Source: Eledone cirrhosa (lineage: Eukaryota). Taken from it: DNA of 64,000 nt. The stretch is taken from assembly GCA_964016885.1 (NCBI GenBank), contig CAXHJY010000304.1, forward strand, positions 140,070-204,069. Reading direction: 5' to 3'. The translations under genes and the position numbers were made by a program. The notes under the pieces were generated by a model. It was not told where the DNA came from and did no database searches. It saw nothing but the letters and a program-made list of their open reading frames with translations. Positions 13,612-26,099 of the stretch are shown in pieces (position 1 is the stretch's first letter; every line of letters starts with the position of its first letter).

Positions 13612-13795
13612 TTGTTTCTTCTTTTGGCACAAGGCCAGCAATTATCCAGTGCATTACTGGTACTTTATTTTATCGACCCCGTAAGGATGAAAGGCAAAGT
13701 CAACCTCGGCGGGATTTGAACTCAGACCGTAAAGGGACGTAACTATGCTGGAAAGCATGGCGTCCGACCCTCTACCGATACTGCCAATCCACCGT
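13612..13795 (-). mobile_element. SINE family Z, young copy
   Basis: Nearly identical to 36540-36725. Confidence 0.85.
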
Positions 13796-14984
13796 CTATT
13801 TCAATTAATTAATGAAGAATTTTAAGGGATTTATTAAAATTATCTATTTTTTATTACTTAACTTACAGTTCTTATATACAATTATGATGGAAGATTATAA
13901 TTCAACAAATTTGTGACTGTATTTCTAATGAAATATACTTTATTTCAATGAATTAACTAGAAAAATTTGAGGGTTTTACTAAAATTATTAATCATTTCAT
14001 TATTTTGATAGTAACTGAGCATATGGTTTTATATAAAATCATGTTGGAAGAATTTAAAATAAGTAAAAACTCTTTAAAATGAGTGGTTTTGTTTCATAGA
14101 ACCAAAGATGGGGTTTTAGCTGGGTTGGTATCCAAAGGGCTAACACTGCCGCCTTGCCCTTGGGTACCTTAGCAGGGTCCACTCTCTTGCAAACTTTCCA
14201 GTGGGTTGTGGAGATCTTTAATTTGAGGATAACTTTCTCTCTTCTACCAGTCTCAAAGACCCTGAAAAGAGTCATGGACATTGAGTAACGAGTGGTGGTT
14301 GTGTTGGTGGTGGTGATAATGATGGTTATGATGACAATGATAATGATTACAGTGATGGTGATGGTAGTTAGAAAATATATACATAAATTTAAAGGAAATG
14401 AAGAGGAAAGCAAGAGGATGTCATTGTATATGAGGTGGTGCAGGGGAGAGAGCTTGCATATGTAGTTAAAAGAGGGGAATTTATTATAGACAGATAGAGA
14501 TAGAGGGGGAGAGGATGACTGAGAAAGTAAAGTACAGGAAGGGCCAGTGCTACCATTAAAGATAGTTAGGCACTTGCCTTGGGCACAGAACTCAGAAAAT
14601 TGTATTACTGAACCTTAAAGGGTCCCAATTTTATTGAAAATTGTATAATTGAATTAAATATATAACAAATTTCATGTGATCAATAAATAAGTCATTAAAC
14701 ATCTTTGCCATGTAGAAGCATTGTGGAAATAACCAAAGTAGTAGAGAGGATCATATGGTGTTATAGCCTGTAAAATGATTTGACATGTATGAGTGTGGAC
14801 TGTGTAGTAAAAGAGGTAGGTGTAGAAATGTTCTTAGTGTGGATAGAGTAAGATGTGTTAAAAACTTAATTTGTTGCCATTCAAAATTGATGTAGAGAGT
14901 TGAGGATTGTTAAAGATTCTGGCTTTGCACTAATGGAATTAGTACAGGATGTGTTTGAGAGTCTAGAAGTCACTGAGGATAATA

Positions 14985-16340
14985 CTTGAGAGAGGGATGA
15001 AGTAAGATAGATGTCCCTTGAGAAAGAGATGGCATTAGATAGATGTCCCCTGAGAGAGGTGAAGTAAGATAGATGTCTCCTAAGAGAGATGTGAAATGAG
15101 ATAGATGTCCTCTGCAAGAAAGGTAAAGTGAAATAGATGTCCTCCAAGAGAGAAAGAGTTAGACAGATGTCCCTTGTGATAGATGCTCCCTAACAGAGAG
15201 GTGAAATGTGATAGTTATCCCACAAGAGAGGAGTGAAGTAGAGAGAAGGGAGATGTCCCTCAAAAAGGAGGTGAAGTTAGGTATATGTCACCTGAGAGAG
15301 GGGTGAAGTCAGATTTCCCTTGAGAGAGAGATGGAGTTAGGAAGTAAAAGAGATGTACCACAAGACAGGTGAAATAAGATAGATATCCACAGGGAGCTAC
15401 TGCCACTGCTAGCTGCAAAAGGTTTCTCCCTCAGAATGAAAGGCAGACTGTATGATGCGTGTATCGGAACAGCGATGTTGCATGGTAGTGAGACCTGGGC
15501 GCTGAAGGTGGAAGACTTTCGTAGATTAGAAAGAAACGAAGCCTGCATGCTCCGATGGATGTGTAATAGTAATATACGCGAACGACAAAGCATAAATGAA
15601 TTGAGAGAGAGGCTGAGCATAAGAGGAATCAAATGCTGTGTGCAGGAGAGGCGGTTGCGTTGGTATGGACATGTGATGCGTATGAAGGATGACAGCTGCA
15701 TAAAAAGGTGCAGAGCACTAGAAGTTGATGGAAACCACAGAGTGGGGAGACCCAATAAGACCTGGGATGAGGTGATAAAAGCCGACCTTACCCAATTACA
15801 CCTCTCAAAGGCGATGACACACGACCGTGACCTCTGGCGTCACGCAGTAATACAGAGTACCTGACCTACCATGGGTACAAGCTGAAGCATATAGACAATA
15901 TGCCCCCACACCCTCCCACTGCAAGGTGGTCGTGGAGGTGCCACGGCAAAAAAGCACCCAGCCCACACTGTAAAGTGGACGTGTAGGTACCACAGAAAAA
16001 ACACCCAGCACTCACTGTAAATGAGGTTGGTGTTAGGAAGGGCATCCAGCTGTAGAAATCAAGCCGAAATCAGTTCCTGTATGAGCAAAGCATGGTCAGC
16101 CGACCAGACACTGCCCACAACAGGACAACCCGTCTAACCCATGCTAGCATGGAAGAACGAACATAAAACGGTGATGATGATGATGATGATGATGATAGAG
16201 GTGCAAATGTCTCCCAAGACAGGTGAAGTGTGATAGAGGTCCCTCAAGAGAGAAGTGAAATGAAATAGATGTCCTTGATAGTCTGGTGAAGTTAGATTTA
16301 TGTTCATGACAGAGTGGGATGAAGTGAGATAGATGTCCTT
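14985..16340. repeat. Degenerate ~30-bp purine-rich minisatellite (gagagaggtgaagtaagatagatgtcccct) split by an RTE insertion
   Basis: Units are visible at 14985-15390 and again at 16197-16340. Confidence 0.75.
15392..16197 (+). mobile_element. 5'-truncated RTE-clade LINE (ORF C-terminus, 3' UTR, (GAT)n tail)
   Basis: ORF 15436-15864 contains MLHGSETW, RRLRWYGHVMR and GRPNKTW...DRDLWR, typical of RTE C-termini. It ends aacccatgctagcatggaag...aaacggt(gat)n. Confidence 0.9.
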
Positions 16341-16379
16341 GGTGCAGGAAGGAATATTGTCAAAGAGTTAGTTGTGATT

Positions 16380-16770
16380 TGAGGAGTTCAGAGAGTAGTA
16401 TTGAAAGCAGGTGTATTTTACAGTAGTGAGAAAGAGGGAGATTTACATCCTGAGTAACTCAAACTCGTTGTTGCTGATATCCAGATAAGAGAGATGGATA
16501 GCAAAAAGAGTGGACTCTTACATATGTGCTGCACAGACACCATATTTCAGAGTAAAGTTTGATTATTATAGAGTATAGCCCGAGCAACAGAGATTATTTA
16601 TAGACAAGGAGTGAGAGATTTGTGTCTCAGGGAGGAATAGAATGTGTGATGTGTATGATAGTAAGAGATGGTGTGTAAGGTTCAAGTTGGATTGGCGTTC
16701 ATGCATATTAGAGAAGAGAAAAAAGAATTGTCCAGTGGATTTAGTATTATTTTTCAGCATCTAGAGAAGT
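16380..16770 (-). mobile_element. Decayed LINE apurinic-endonuclease N-terminal fragment
   Basis: FFLFSNMH...SNLN...HILFLPETQI resembles the APE first-strand Asn and the xETx motif. Confidence 0.45.
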
Positions 16771-17245
16771 GAAGAGGGTGTTGGTAAAGTCATGATAACT
16801 GCCATGTTGGGAGCCAGGTCCAAATGCTTACAAAATAGCAAACTCCACTAAATACACACCCAGACCAGAAAGTGGCATTAAAGCAAGAGGCATGATATCT
16901 TTACTCACCTCAAAAAATAAATAAGAGGTGGGACCCTCAATGGCATATGCAACAGGACTACATAAGATTATCATAATTACATCAACAAAAAGTATAATTT
17001 CTAATATGTATATAAATTAAAAAAAGAAAACAATCTAAAAACAAGACAGGTAAAGGGCCAATCCCCTCCAATCTGCATTGACTATATTATTCAAAATTTT
17101 GATCAACTATACAGCATCCTGTCAGATAGATTGTATCTGAAATTTTCAAAGGTCCAGCTTTGTTTTACATTGTGTCATATTGACTCTGCCTGGGAATTAT
17201 ATCAATGGTACAGATGTATGGAATACTCAGCCATTTACACTATAA

Positions 17246-17432
17246 TTGTTTCTACTTTTGGCACAAAGCCAGCAATTACCCCAGTGCATTACTGGTATTT
17301 TATTTTATCGACCCAGTAAGGATGAAAGGCAAAGTTAACCATGGCGGGATTTGAATTCAGACGGTAAAGAGCCATAATTCTCTGCTGCAAAGCATGGCAT
17401 CCGACCCTCTACCAATAGTGCCAATCCACCAC
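17246..17432 (-). mobile_element. SINE family Z
   Basis: Same sequence family as 13612-13795. Confidence 0.8.
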
Positions 17433-17799
17433 AAGATAGACTGTTCTCAAAATTCAAAGTTCTAGCCTTGTAATACACTGTATCAAACTGATTCTCCTTG
17501 AGATTTACATTAAGGTTACACGTTTGTGGAATACTCAACCACTTATACGATAATTCAATGGATATTTGATTGAACAAGTGAATACTCTTTGTCAATACTG
17601 ATGGAGGTCCATCTACTTTATATGTGGATAACATACGTGGGCACAACTGGCGAACAGTAATCCCACTAAACTGACATTTATGTATCATAAGTATGGAATA
17701 ATATGTGAGACATAATCAGGATAGTAAATAGTTTTATTGTGGAAATACTAATAAAAAAGAAAGAATACTCCCATTCTTTCAATACTTTCATTATTAATT

Positions 17800-20470
17800 T
17801 TCTGTTGTTTTAATGTTCACGGCCAGGGGTTGTCCTGAAAGCAAGGCTGCTTGCTGAACGACCTTAGGTCACTAGATATGGATGTGATTGCTGTCAGCAA
17901 GACCAGGATTTCCGACATGCACACACTAGTCCCCATTTTCGATGACTATCAGATCTTTGTATTTCTTAGTTGGTTGGGAATGGGATGTGGGGTGGCAGTG
18001 CTGTTTAGGAAAGGCCTTGATCCTGAGGTACGAATGGCCTTCTTGGACCCAGATGGTAAGTTGGTGGTCCTAGACGTGAGCAATAACAAAAGTGGTGCCT
18101 TTAGACTAGTGGACATCTATGCTCCAACTGAGGCCAGATTTCTTTAGGCCCCTGGAAGCCTTTCTAGGAATGTCTCACCCTTAACTGTTAGTAGGAGACT
18201 GCAACAGCATCTTAGACATACACTAGGATTGTGTGGGAGTAGCTGATAGAAGTGGGGAGTGCAAAAGCCTCAAGTACCTGATCCGCCAGTTCCAACTGTC
18301 TGACAGTTACTGACTAGATTTCCTGAATGCACTAGTGTGGGCATGGACAAACTACATTGGGTCATCTAGATCATATACAGATAGGTTTTTTGTTAGGTCA
18401 GCAGATAGGGATAACATAGGTTGTCCACAGTTCTGAATGGTAACAAATTTGTGATCTGCATGGTTAACCTAGATAGAACATGTAGGCAAGGACCTGGTTA
18501 CTGGAAGCTTAACAATCATTTCCGGTGCTTAAAGCTTACAGCGACTGGTCACTAATTTAGTTAAGCGTAAGTTGACAAGGATGTCGTCAACAACATGTGG
18601 TGTGGTTCTCTCAAGAGAGATTAGAGTAGTGTCCATAGTCTTTAGCAAAGAAATAGTGATAGAAAAAATAAAAAGGAGGGGGGGGGGGGGCTGGTAGCTA
18701 AATTAGAAAAGGCGATTAGTAGTGGCATTGCAACTGATGTACTAGCAGCAAGAATTGCATTAGACCAATTCTTCAATGTGAAACACGAAGGTTGCATTGT
18801 CAGAGCTAAAGCACATGCTCTAAGAAACAAGGGAATGAAAGCTGTTTGATGGGCTTGAGTGGCAGAGGTGCAGCATGGCAACAAAACCATGATTCGATCT
18901 TTGACGGACCAAGACGAAATGCCCTGGTCAGCAGCACAAGGTGCAAGTCACCTAGTTTTACGTAAATATGCCAGACTTGTTCTCCAATCTCCATGAAGCC
19001 ATCTACTGCAACTGGCAGCAGAACGGGAGTATTCCCAATTCTGTGAGCCAGGGCATAGTAATGCTGATGTAGAAAGACAAAAACAAGAAGGACGTGCTAG
19101 ATAATTTCAGGCCCATAACTCTGCTAAAAACAGAGTTTAAGATTTTGGCCAAGGTGTTAGCAGTTCTGGAAGGGGAGGCACAAACTTTCACATGGCCAGG
19201 TCCATACATGACAACCTCCACCTCATGCAATACATCATATAGTGGATAGGGAGTAAACTTGGCTTCGGTGGGGCTATGATCAATTTAGATCAATAGAAAG
19301 CTTTTGATAGGGTTGACCATCGATACCTTGAGGATATCCTCTTGGCAGCTGGCTTTGATCACATCTTTAGAGGCTGGATCACTGAAATGCACAACAGCAT
19401 CTGCTCGATGGTCAATGTAAATGGCCACCTTCAGAACCATTTCTAAACACGGCACCTGGAGAAGCAAATCCATGCTGTTCAACAATGTCATCAGATGCTG
19501 GACGGATGGACCATGGAAGTTGCTTGGAACCTGGTTCAGACCAGACCTCCAAGTGGATAAGAAGTGGAATGAGGTAAAGAGCAGGGTGGCCATTCTTACC
19601 CAAGAATAGACTGAGAAGAAGCTATCCCTGAAAGGTCCAGCAGAGGTGACAAACACGTAATTCGCATCCATCATCTATTACTGCCTGACCATCATGCCTT
19701 GCCCCTACTAACACATCACCAAATTGGAACACCTGTTCTTTAACTTCTTGTAGAAGGTACAGGTTCCATTGGTGAGGTGGTCCATCTTCAGATATTCCTA
19801 AACGGTGAACAGGTGTAGTTGCCGTTTGTGAGACGAGTTTTTCTGCAGCTTATCTCTCTGACTGAGCTACAGTCCTGAAAAGGCAAGAGACCGAGACTGG
19901 ATGCCTGGCATCTGAAATGTTGCCAGGCGTTCACTGCCCTCTACCAATCAAGCAATGCGGTCAGCAAAAATTCCACTTTAGAGTTCTATAGAGGATTAAT
20001 AGTGAGGCGCTGGGCATTGACAAAATTGAACTGACCCGTCTGTTCTGGAGGACTTTCACGTTGGAGACTATGGATAACTTCCAGAAATTCCTCACTTGGC
20101 AATGCTACCAGGGGTTACTGCCAGATTGAGATAAACTCTACAAGCACAGTCAGACGGACCTGTCTGAGATGTGCACAGAGTGATGAAACCATTATGCATG
20201 CACATGTCCATGCATTACTGACTTGTGGAGTAATGTCGAACGTCTGTTATCACATGTAGGATAGGTCTGACTATCAAACCAGTCCCTCGTGCGGATCGCT
20301 CCACCACCTTCTTTTGGTTGGGAAGGATAAGCAATTTTCCTCTGCTTGGTGTCTGTAGTGAAAGAGATTGTGTGGTGGACGAGGCTGAAAGGACTGAAGA
20401 CACGTTCCCCTTCAACCAATCCCTCATTAACTTTTTCAAGTTTCACTTGGAAAAGAAGGTGAAGGTGGTA
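17800..20470 (+). mobile_element. Decayed L1/Tx1-clade LINE ORF2 with internal deletions
   Basis: APE motifs DVIAVSKTR, IYAP, VGDCN and GPGYWKLN; RT motifs NFRPITLLKTEFKILAKVL and KAFDRVDH; C-terminal CCHC-like CLRC...ETIMHAHVHC. Many stops and frameshifts. Confidence 0.85.
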
Positions 20471-20703
20471 TGGCTATGTAACCAAATAGGACGGACTCTC
20501 CAAGACAATTCTCCAGGAAACAGTGCAGGGAAGGAGAACTCGAAGCAGACAGAGGAAGCAGTGGACAGACAACATAGCTGAGTGGACTGGATAGAACTTA
20601 GCCACAAATCAAGCATTCGCCCATGACCACCAGTTGGTGCAGCGTTCAACACTGCAGTGTCCTAACGATCACGAAAGGGTTAAGTGACCATGATGATGAT
20701 GAT
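20470..20703 (+). mobile_element. Short RTE 3' fragment ending in (GAT)n
   Basis: SKTILQETVQG...RSRQRKQWTDNIAEWTG-like coding remnant followed by catgatgatgatgat. Confidence 0.6.
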
Positions 20704-20967
20704 AAATATGTGTGTGAGAGAGAGGCAGAGATTATCTTTATTTAATACATGTATGACTTAGACACAAGCTAACCATTAGTATAGTTACCAGATCACAGAA
20801 AAAATGTTTAATATAGAGGAACATCAAGACAGTATACAAAATAAAAAACCGTCCATCTAATATTTTGATTATGTCTCATATACCATACCGTACTTATAAT
20901 TCCTGAACATCAGTTTAAGGGAAATGTGTTTACCAATTGTGCCCATATGTTGAGCGGTGAGGTAATT

Positions 20968-20979
20968 CAAGGGAAGTAA
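20968..20979 (+). promoter_or_regulatory. Candidate promoter motif CAAGGGAAGTAA upstream of MRPL55
   Basis: Ends about 47 bp before the ATG. The same motif occurs on the reverse strand upstream of HM13. Confidence 0.35.
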
Positions 20980-21025
20980 GTAAGTTTCACCTTCACAAAT
21001 CACTCCGGTCGTTAGTCGGTGTGCA

Positions 21026-21042
21026 ATGGCGCTTTTATTGCG
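21026..21042 (+). CDS. MRPL55: Mitochondrial ribosomal protein L55 (bL31m), exon 1
   Basis: ATG GCG CTT TTA TTG CG followed by GTAAGT in a locally CpG-rich patch. Phase 2 matches the exon 2 acceptor (CG+C = Arg), giving MALLLRPSLMGNL. Confidence 0.75.
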
Positions 21043-21540
21043 GTAAGTTCGTAATGTTTTGTCAGTATAAGGATTAATTCTAAGTTCACTTATATATTTT
21101 GTTGATTGGAGTCCAATAGAAATCTAAGTTACTATTAGTACCGGATTTACATATGGGCTCAGCGGACTGCTTCCCAGGACTTCATAGTCAAGAGTGCCGC
21201 ATATATAGCTATGAAACAACGATTTTTTGTAAAAAATATAGAATAAGATGTAATAAAAGAAATTGTTATTGAATACATTTTTTTTTCGCTGATATGGAGG
21301 TCGGCATAGATCGAGGCTGGAATCTCAGCATCATTCTTTAAATTCTACATTCGTGTACTTTTTATTTCCATTTTTTTATAAACATCATTATTATACGTAA
21401 CACCTATTGTTTTTATTTGTTTGATTTTTTAGTTTTTATTACAACCTTTATTTTTACACACAAAACCCACACTGTATCGTTCTGTGCTGTCTCTGTTGTT
21501 TGCTCAATGTCAGCCCTGTGTCCAATAAATAAACTATTAT

Positions 21541-21760
21541 TGGTTTGGCAGTATCGGTAGCGCGTCAGACACCATGCTTTGCAGACAGGGCTATGGCCCT
21601 TTGCGTTCTGAGTTCAAATTCCGCTGAGGTTAACTTTACCTTTCATCCTTACATGGTCGATAAAATAAAGCACCAGTAATGTACTGCGGTCGACTTAATT
21701 AACTTTCTTCTCCCCCAAAGTTGCTGGCCGTGTGCCTATAGTAGAAACGATTATTATTAT
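21541..21760 (+). mobile_element. SINE family Z in MRPL55 intron 1
   Basis: tggcagtatcggtag A-box-like and gagttcaaattcc B-box-like motifs, plus the cctttcatccttac...gtcgataaaataaag core. Confidence 0.8.
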
Positions 21761-22637
21761 TATCAATGGTTTGGTCTGGAGTGAGGCCTCTGACACCAGC
21801 GGCGAAAGGGTACTAGTATAAACCTAAAACCGTATGTATGCTTAGCTACACAGTTATGCCTGTACCTACTATCCCACATAATTTCATGTTATAATCATTC
21901 ATATGAATTACAATCATTTTCTTTAGTATTTCACTAATAAATCATTTGGTCTTTGCATTAATAGATAAATCAAGTACTATTCAGTTCCATTTTATTGCCA
22001 ATTATTGTCTGGAGATTCTTGTTATACTTAAAAAATACTTACCTCTTTTGATAGCAACCCACCCAAAACTGGCTTTTGTTCTCTGAAATAAAACCACCCA
22101 TTTCAAAAAGTTCCTATTTAAATTAAAATCCTCCAACATAATTTTAAATAAGACCCATATGTTGTGTTATAAATGCCATCTTAATCATGAAATAATTAGT
22201 TATTTTAGTAAATCCTTCAAAATTCATTAATTAATTGAAATAAAAGCTACAGCCATCATATTTCCACTAAGGGTTTTAGGTGCCCATGCAGTCATAAATA
22301 GCCACAGGCTCCTTTTGACCCCACCCCTCTATTGATTCAACAGAACATGACAGCTGGAAGGAAAGAGGGCTGCACCAGCACTGGACTGGTACTTCTTTTA
22401 TCAACTCTGAAAGTATGAGAAGCAAAGTGAATTTGAATGTGATTTAAACTCAGAAACCTATAACCAATATCCAAAGCTTTAACAACTCTGACAAATTGAT
22501 GGCCTTAATTAATGTAGTATATTTTATTAGAAACATGGTCTCAAAAGGGTTAAATAAAAAATTACTCAGATATTTTCTTGTTTTATTCTATATTTAATGT
22601 TCATTTAGTGTTGTTGTTTTTTTCTCTTTCTCTGCAG

Positions 22638-22815
22638 CCCCAGTCTGATGGGCAACCTCTGTGGCAGAGCTGCTTGTGTACGGTGGAACTCCAACAGAAC
22701 CTCAATCTGTAAAATTAATCGACCCATCTATAAAAGATTGTACCCTGTTACACTTGTCCACCCTGATGGCTCCACTATTGTGATCCGCTACAGGGAACCA
22801 CGGCAAATTATCACG
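22638..22815 (+). CDS. MRPL55: Mitochondrial ribosomal protein L55 (bL31m), exon 2
   Basis: Acceptor tttctctttctctgcag; encodes NSNRTSICKINRPIYKRLYPVTLVHPDGSTIVIRYREPRQIIT, matching the MRPL55 signature Y.RLYPV.LV..DGSTI.IRY.EPR; donor GTAAGA at 22816. Confidence 0.93.
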
Positions 22816-23094
22816 GTAAGAAATGACCTTTGATTCTAGGCCATGCTCCCAGGTTTGGAATTTCTTCTCTATCAGTTCCAGTATGAGCAAGACAAGGTCA
22901 GCCAACCGGACACTGCCCACAACAGCACAACCCATCTAACCCATGCTAGCGTGGAAGAATGGATGTAAAACGGTGATGATGAATTCTGCCATAGGTTCAG
23001 CTACAAGGGTTAAATCGTCTGCTTACAGAAATTCTCGGGAGCAGTCATTCATAAACTCTTCTGGCCAATGAAACACAGTTTCTTGTCATTTATT

Positions 23095-23390
23095 ACACTT
23101 TTACTGGTTTCAGTCATTAGACTTTAGCCATGCTGGGGCACCACTTTAAAGTCAATCTTATCGACCTCAGGATTATCTTTTTTTAAGTTTGACACTTATT
23201 TTATTGATCTCTAGTTGTCAAACTCTTGAGTTACATGACATAAATACAGATGCAGACACAAACATTAACACAGAAACGGAGACCCCATACACATTGAAGC
23301 TGAAATAGAAGTCACTTAACCAACGGACTGTACAATGGGACTGAACCCCCAAACCATGTGATTGTGAAGCAAACTTCCCAACCACACATT
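23095..23390 (-). mobile_element. SINE family W in MRPL55 intron 2, diverged
   Basis: actggtttcagtcattagactttagccatgctggggcaccac at the left end and gggactgaacccccaaaccatgtgattgtgaagcaaacttcccaaccacac at the right end; homologous to 1043-1450. Confidence 0.65.
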
Positions 23391-23440
23391 CTTTTTCTAT
23401 TTTCAGGCCTGACTTAGCCAGTTTTCTTTCTTTCTTTCAG

Positions 23441-23584
23441 CTTCCCATAGATATTGAAATTATGTCAGCTGAGGAGAAGAAATTACATCTACGCAAGCGG
23501 AAACCTAAAAGGGTCATTCAAGTAGTGGAAGATTTTGAAGATGATTTTGATATTGACCGATACAGCCACCTCTGGAAGAAGTGA
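23441..23584 (+). CDS. MRPL55: Mitochondrial ribosomal protein L55 (bL31m), exon 3 (terminal)
   Basis: Acceptor ttttctttctttctttcag; phase 0; LPIDIEIMSAEEKKLHLRKRKPKRVIQVVEDFEDDFDIDRYSHLWKK-TGA; ATTAAA at about 23628. Absent from the ORF track. Confidence 0.92.
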   Translation, partial: LPIDIEIMSAEEKKLHLRKRKPKRVIQVVEDFEDDFDIDRYSHLWKK

Positions 23585-23759
23585 CCTCTTCCTCCTCACC
23601 CATTTTACACCATTTCACCACATTTCAATTAAAACTAAAAATAGACATTTCCAGGTTTTCTAATTTTCTTTCTTTATTTTGTTATATTTAGACATAACTG
23701 TGGAGTTAAGGAATTTGCTTTGCAACTAGTTGGTTCCGGGTTCAATTACTATAGTTAAG

Positions 23760-24930
23760 CAATGAAGAAACTCCATCAACAATGCTTCACTTTTTCATGA
23801 GATATTGTAGAATACCGTTAGCCTCAATGACTGCTTCAACATGTGGTCTGAAATGTTGACATGCCCGAATCTTTATTTATTTTGGACATTGTGCTAGTTA
23901 TGGCAGACTTCAGAGATTTTATAGAGGGAATTCATTGACTTCCCTCACAACTATGCCCTTTACATAGCAATCGAATGGATTCAGGTCTGGAGAACTAGAA
24001 GGATATATGTTTGGAGTGACATGTGGTGATTGTAACTCATTGTTGGTACAGTCTTCCTTTGTGAAGGTGGGTAGCTTAGTGGTTAGAGAAATGGATTCGC
24101 AATTGTGAGGTTGCAAGTTCAATTCCCAGACCAGGCGATACGCTGCTCCTGCCAGGGGTTGTGACTGGTAGAAAATATCAGCAATGGAAACATTGTTTCC
24201 TTGGTCCGATTTAATGAGCTCTCCCTCATTCGGTAAGTGAATGAGATCTGGGATAGTCGATCGTCCTTTGTTCATTCTAGCCAAGGCCTCACAACACCTC
24301 CTTATAGCCAGCAGGATTTACCTTTAAACCATGAGGAAGCATGACATCTCCCTTGTTGCTCATGATTCCCTGAACCATCATCATTGCCAGAAACTGCATG
24401 ACCATTGGAACATCTTTAGGGTCTCTGCATAACCATCTGTCATTCCTTTAGCTGACATTTTGATCCTGATCAAAGTTTTTCTCATTAAAGAAAAACCAAA
24501 ACATTCCAAGCTCTTGATATTTCAACTTACCCAACAAGCACTTTTCACGGGTCAGATAGTTATCTTTTGTCTTTGTAGACATGAATTGACCTCTCCACAT
24601 CACATATGACTTGTATTGAAGGTCCTCAAACATAACATTTTCTGAATGGTGGTGTTTGAATTTCTGGGATTCTTATCGATAATTTTCTGCACCTTTCATA
24701 CACACTTGTGCTCTGATGGTATTAGGACCCTTAAAAGGCATTTTACGTTTCGATACTGCTGTAGAATTCCTGTCAGCAGCTTCCAGCTCTTTGCAAACTT
24801 TGACAATAAATGACTGTGAAATTTTCAGGAAGCGAGCCATCTCTAAATTACTATGCCCTGCCTTTAAGACAATGATTACAGATTGCCTTTTCATTTGCTG
24901 AGTTACCTTGATGTCTGTCATCATTTATCT
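23760..24930 (-). mobile_element. Decayed Tc1/mariner-superfamily transposase, interrupted by a SINE-like insert at about 24060-24290
   Basis: N-terminal HTH-like KRQSVIIVLKAGHSNLEMARFLKIS; FFNEKNF (cf. FSDEKxF); PSSSPDLNPFDCYVKG (cf. WPPSSPDLNPLDYxxWG). Confidence 0.8.
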
Positions 24931-26099
24931 GAGAAGAAATGATAATCAGAACAAGTTAGAGCTATTAAAAGGCATGTCCTCAAAGAACTAACTAACCCTA
25001 TATTTTAGTATTTTTGAATTGTTATAGAAGAATTGGAGAAGTCTATGGTTCAATTCCATCCTACCATATTTGTAGATCTCCATGGGAATTCTATCAACAA
25101 CAAAAGCCTTTCCCAATTTTGTCCCAGTTCTAGCTCATTTATACTCAGCGGTAGATCGAAATTGGCATCTTCTGGAAGTTATTGGATATGATCCCGAGTC
25201 TTGTGAGAAATTGTTGAGGTCTAATATCGTCTGTATAAAGATGTGAGCCATCTTAACTCTTTATTGGTGCACTATCACCTTTCTTGCAGCTGCAAACCTC
25301 TCTGAAACTGACATAGGAGGCTTTCACATTATGGGAATCAATAAGTGCTTGGATTTCATTCACCTTCAGGTCCTACTATCAATCTTTCAACAGCTATAGT
25401 TCCTTTTGTAGTAAGGCACTCGTCTTTGAGTTGTCTGGCAATTTGCTGTATATCCTGTCCATTTAGAACAACTTAATGGTTTTTTACATATAACAGCTGC
25501 TATATCTTCACACTATTTTCATTAAACTACTTATATGTGTGTGTGTGTCAGCAGCACTTTGCTAAAGGCCAATCAAGACAGAAAAAGCTATCTATTACTT
25601 CTGGTCAACAAGTTCACTACTGTACATCTGACACACATGAAATCTACCGTCATATTTTTAGACACAGTGTATCTAGGATTAGATTATCTTATGTGTCCTT
25701 TCTTGTTTTTAAGATTGTGAATTTACAGAAATTTGGTTACAGATTGAGAAACCAGACAGGTTTTTCTCATAGGGCACCCAGACTTTGTGTTGATTAACAG
25801 AATGTCTCTAAGGTAAATAACTCTTCTAATGAGTTACCCCCTTTGAGTAGCTAAATATTAATACAGAATGTTTAATAGAATTTAGAATGATGTATGATAG
25901 AATCAGTAGAGGAATTAACACGATACCTTGCAGTATTTAATACGTCACAGATTCAACTTAATCTGTCATCCCTCAAATAGGTTTTCATATTTCACCTGCT
26001 CTCAGCATGTTTAATACAATGGAATGCCACCCCATTCATTCTTGGGCTGTTATCATATTCACTGCATATACATACATTCATATATATATATATATATAT

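Noticed and set aside
22648-22833. ORF-track ends for MRPL55 (...ITVRNDL*) and HM13 (...QKVCSV*, 33119-33133)
   Set aside because: Both read through consensus GT donors into introns; the spliced models restore family homology.
25060-25510. Possible additional minus-strand LINE 3' remnant
   Set aside because: Only weak motif hints; too degraded to assign by eye.
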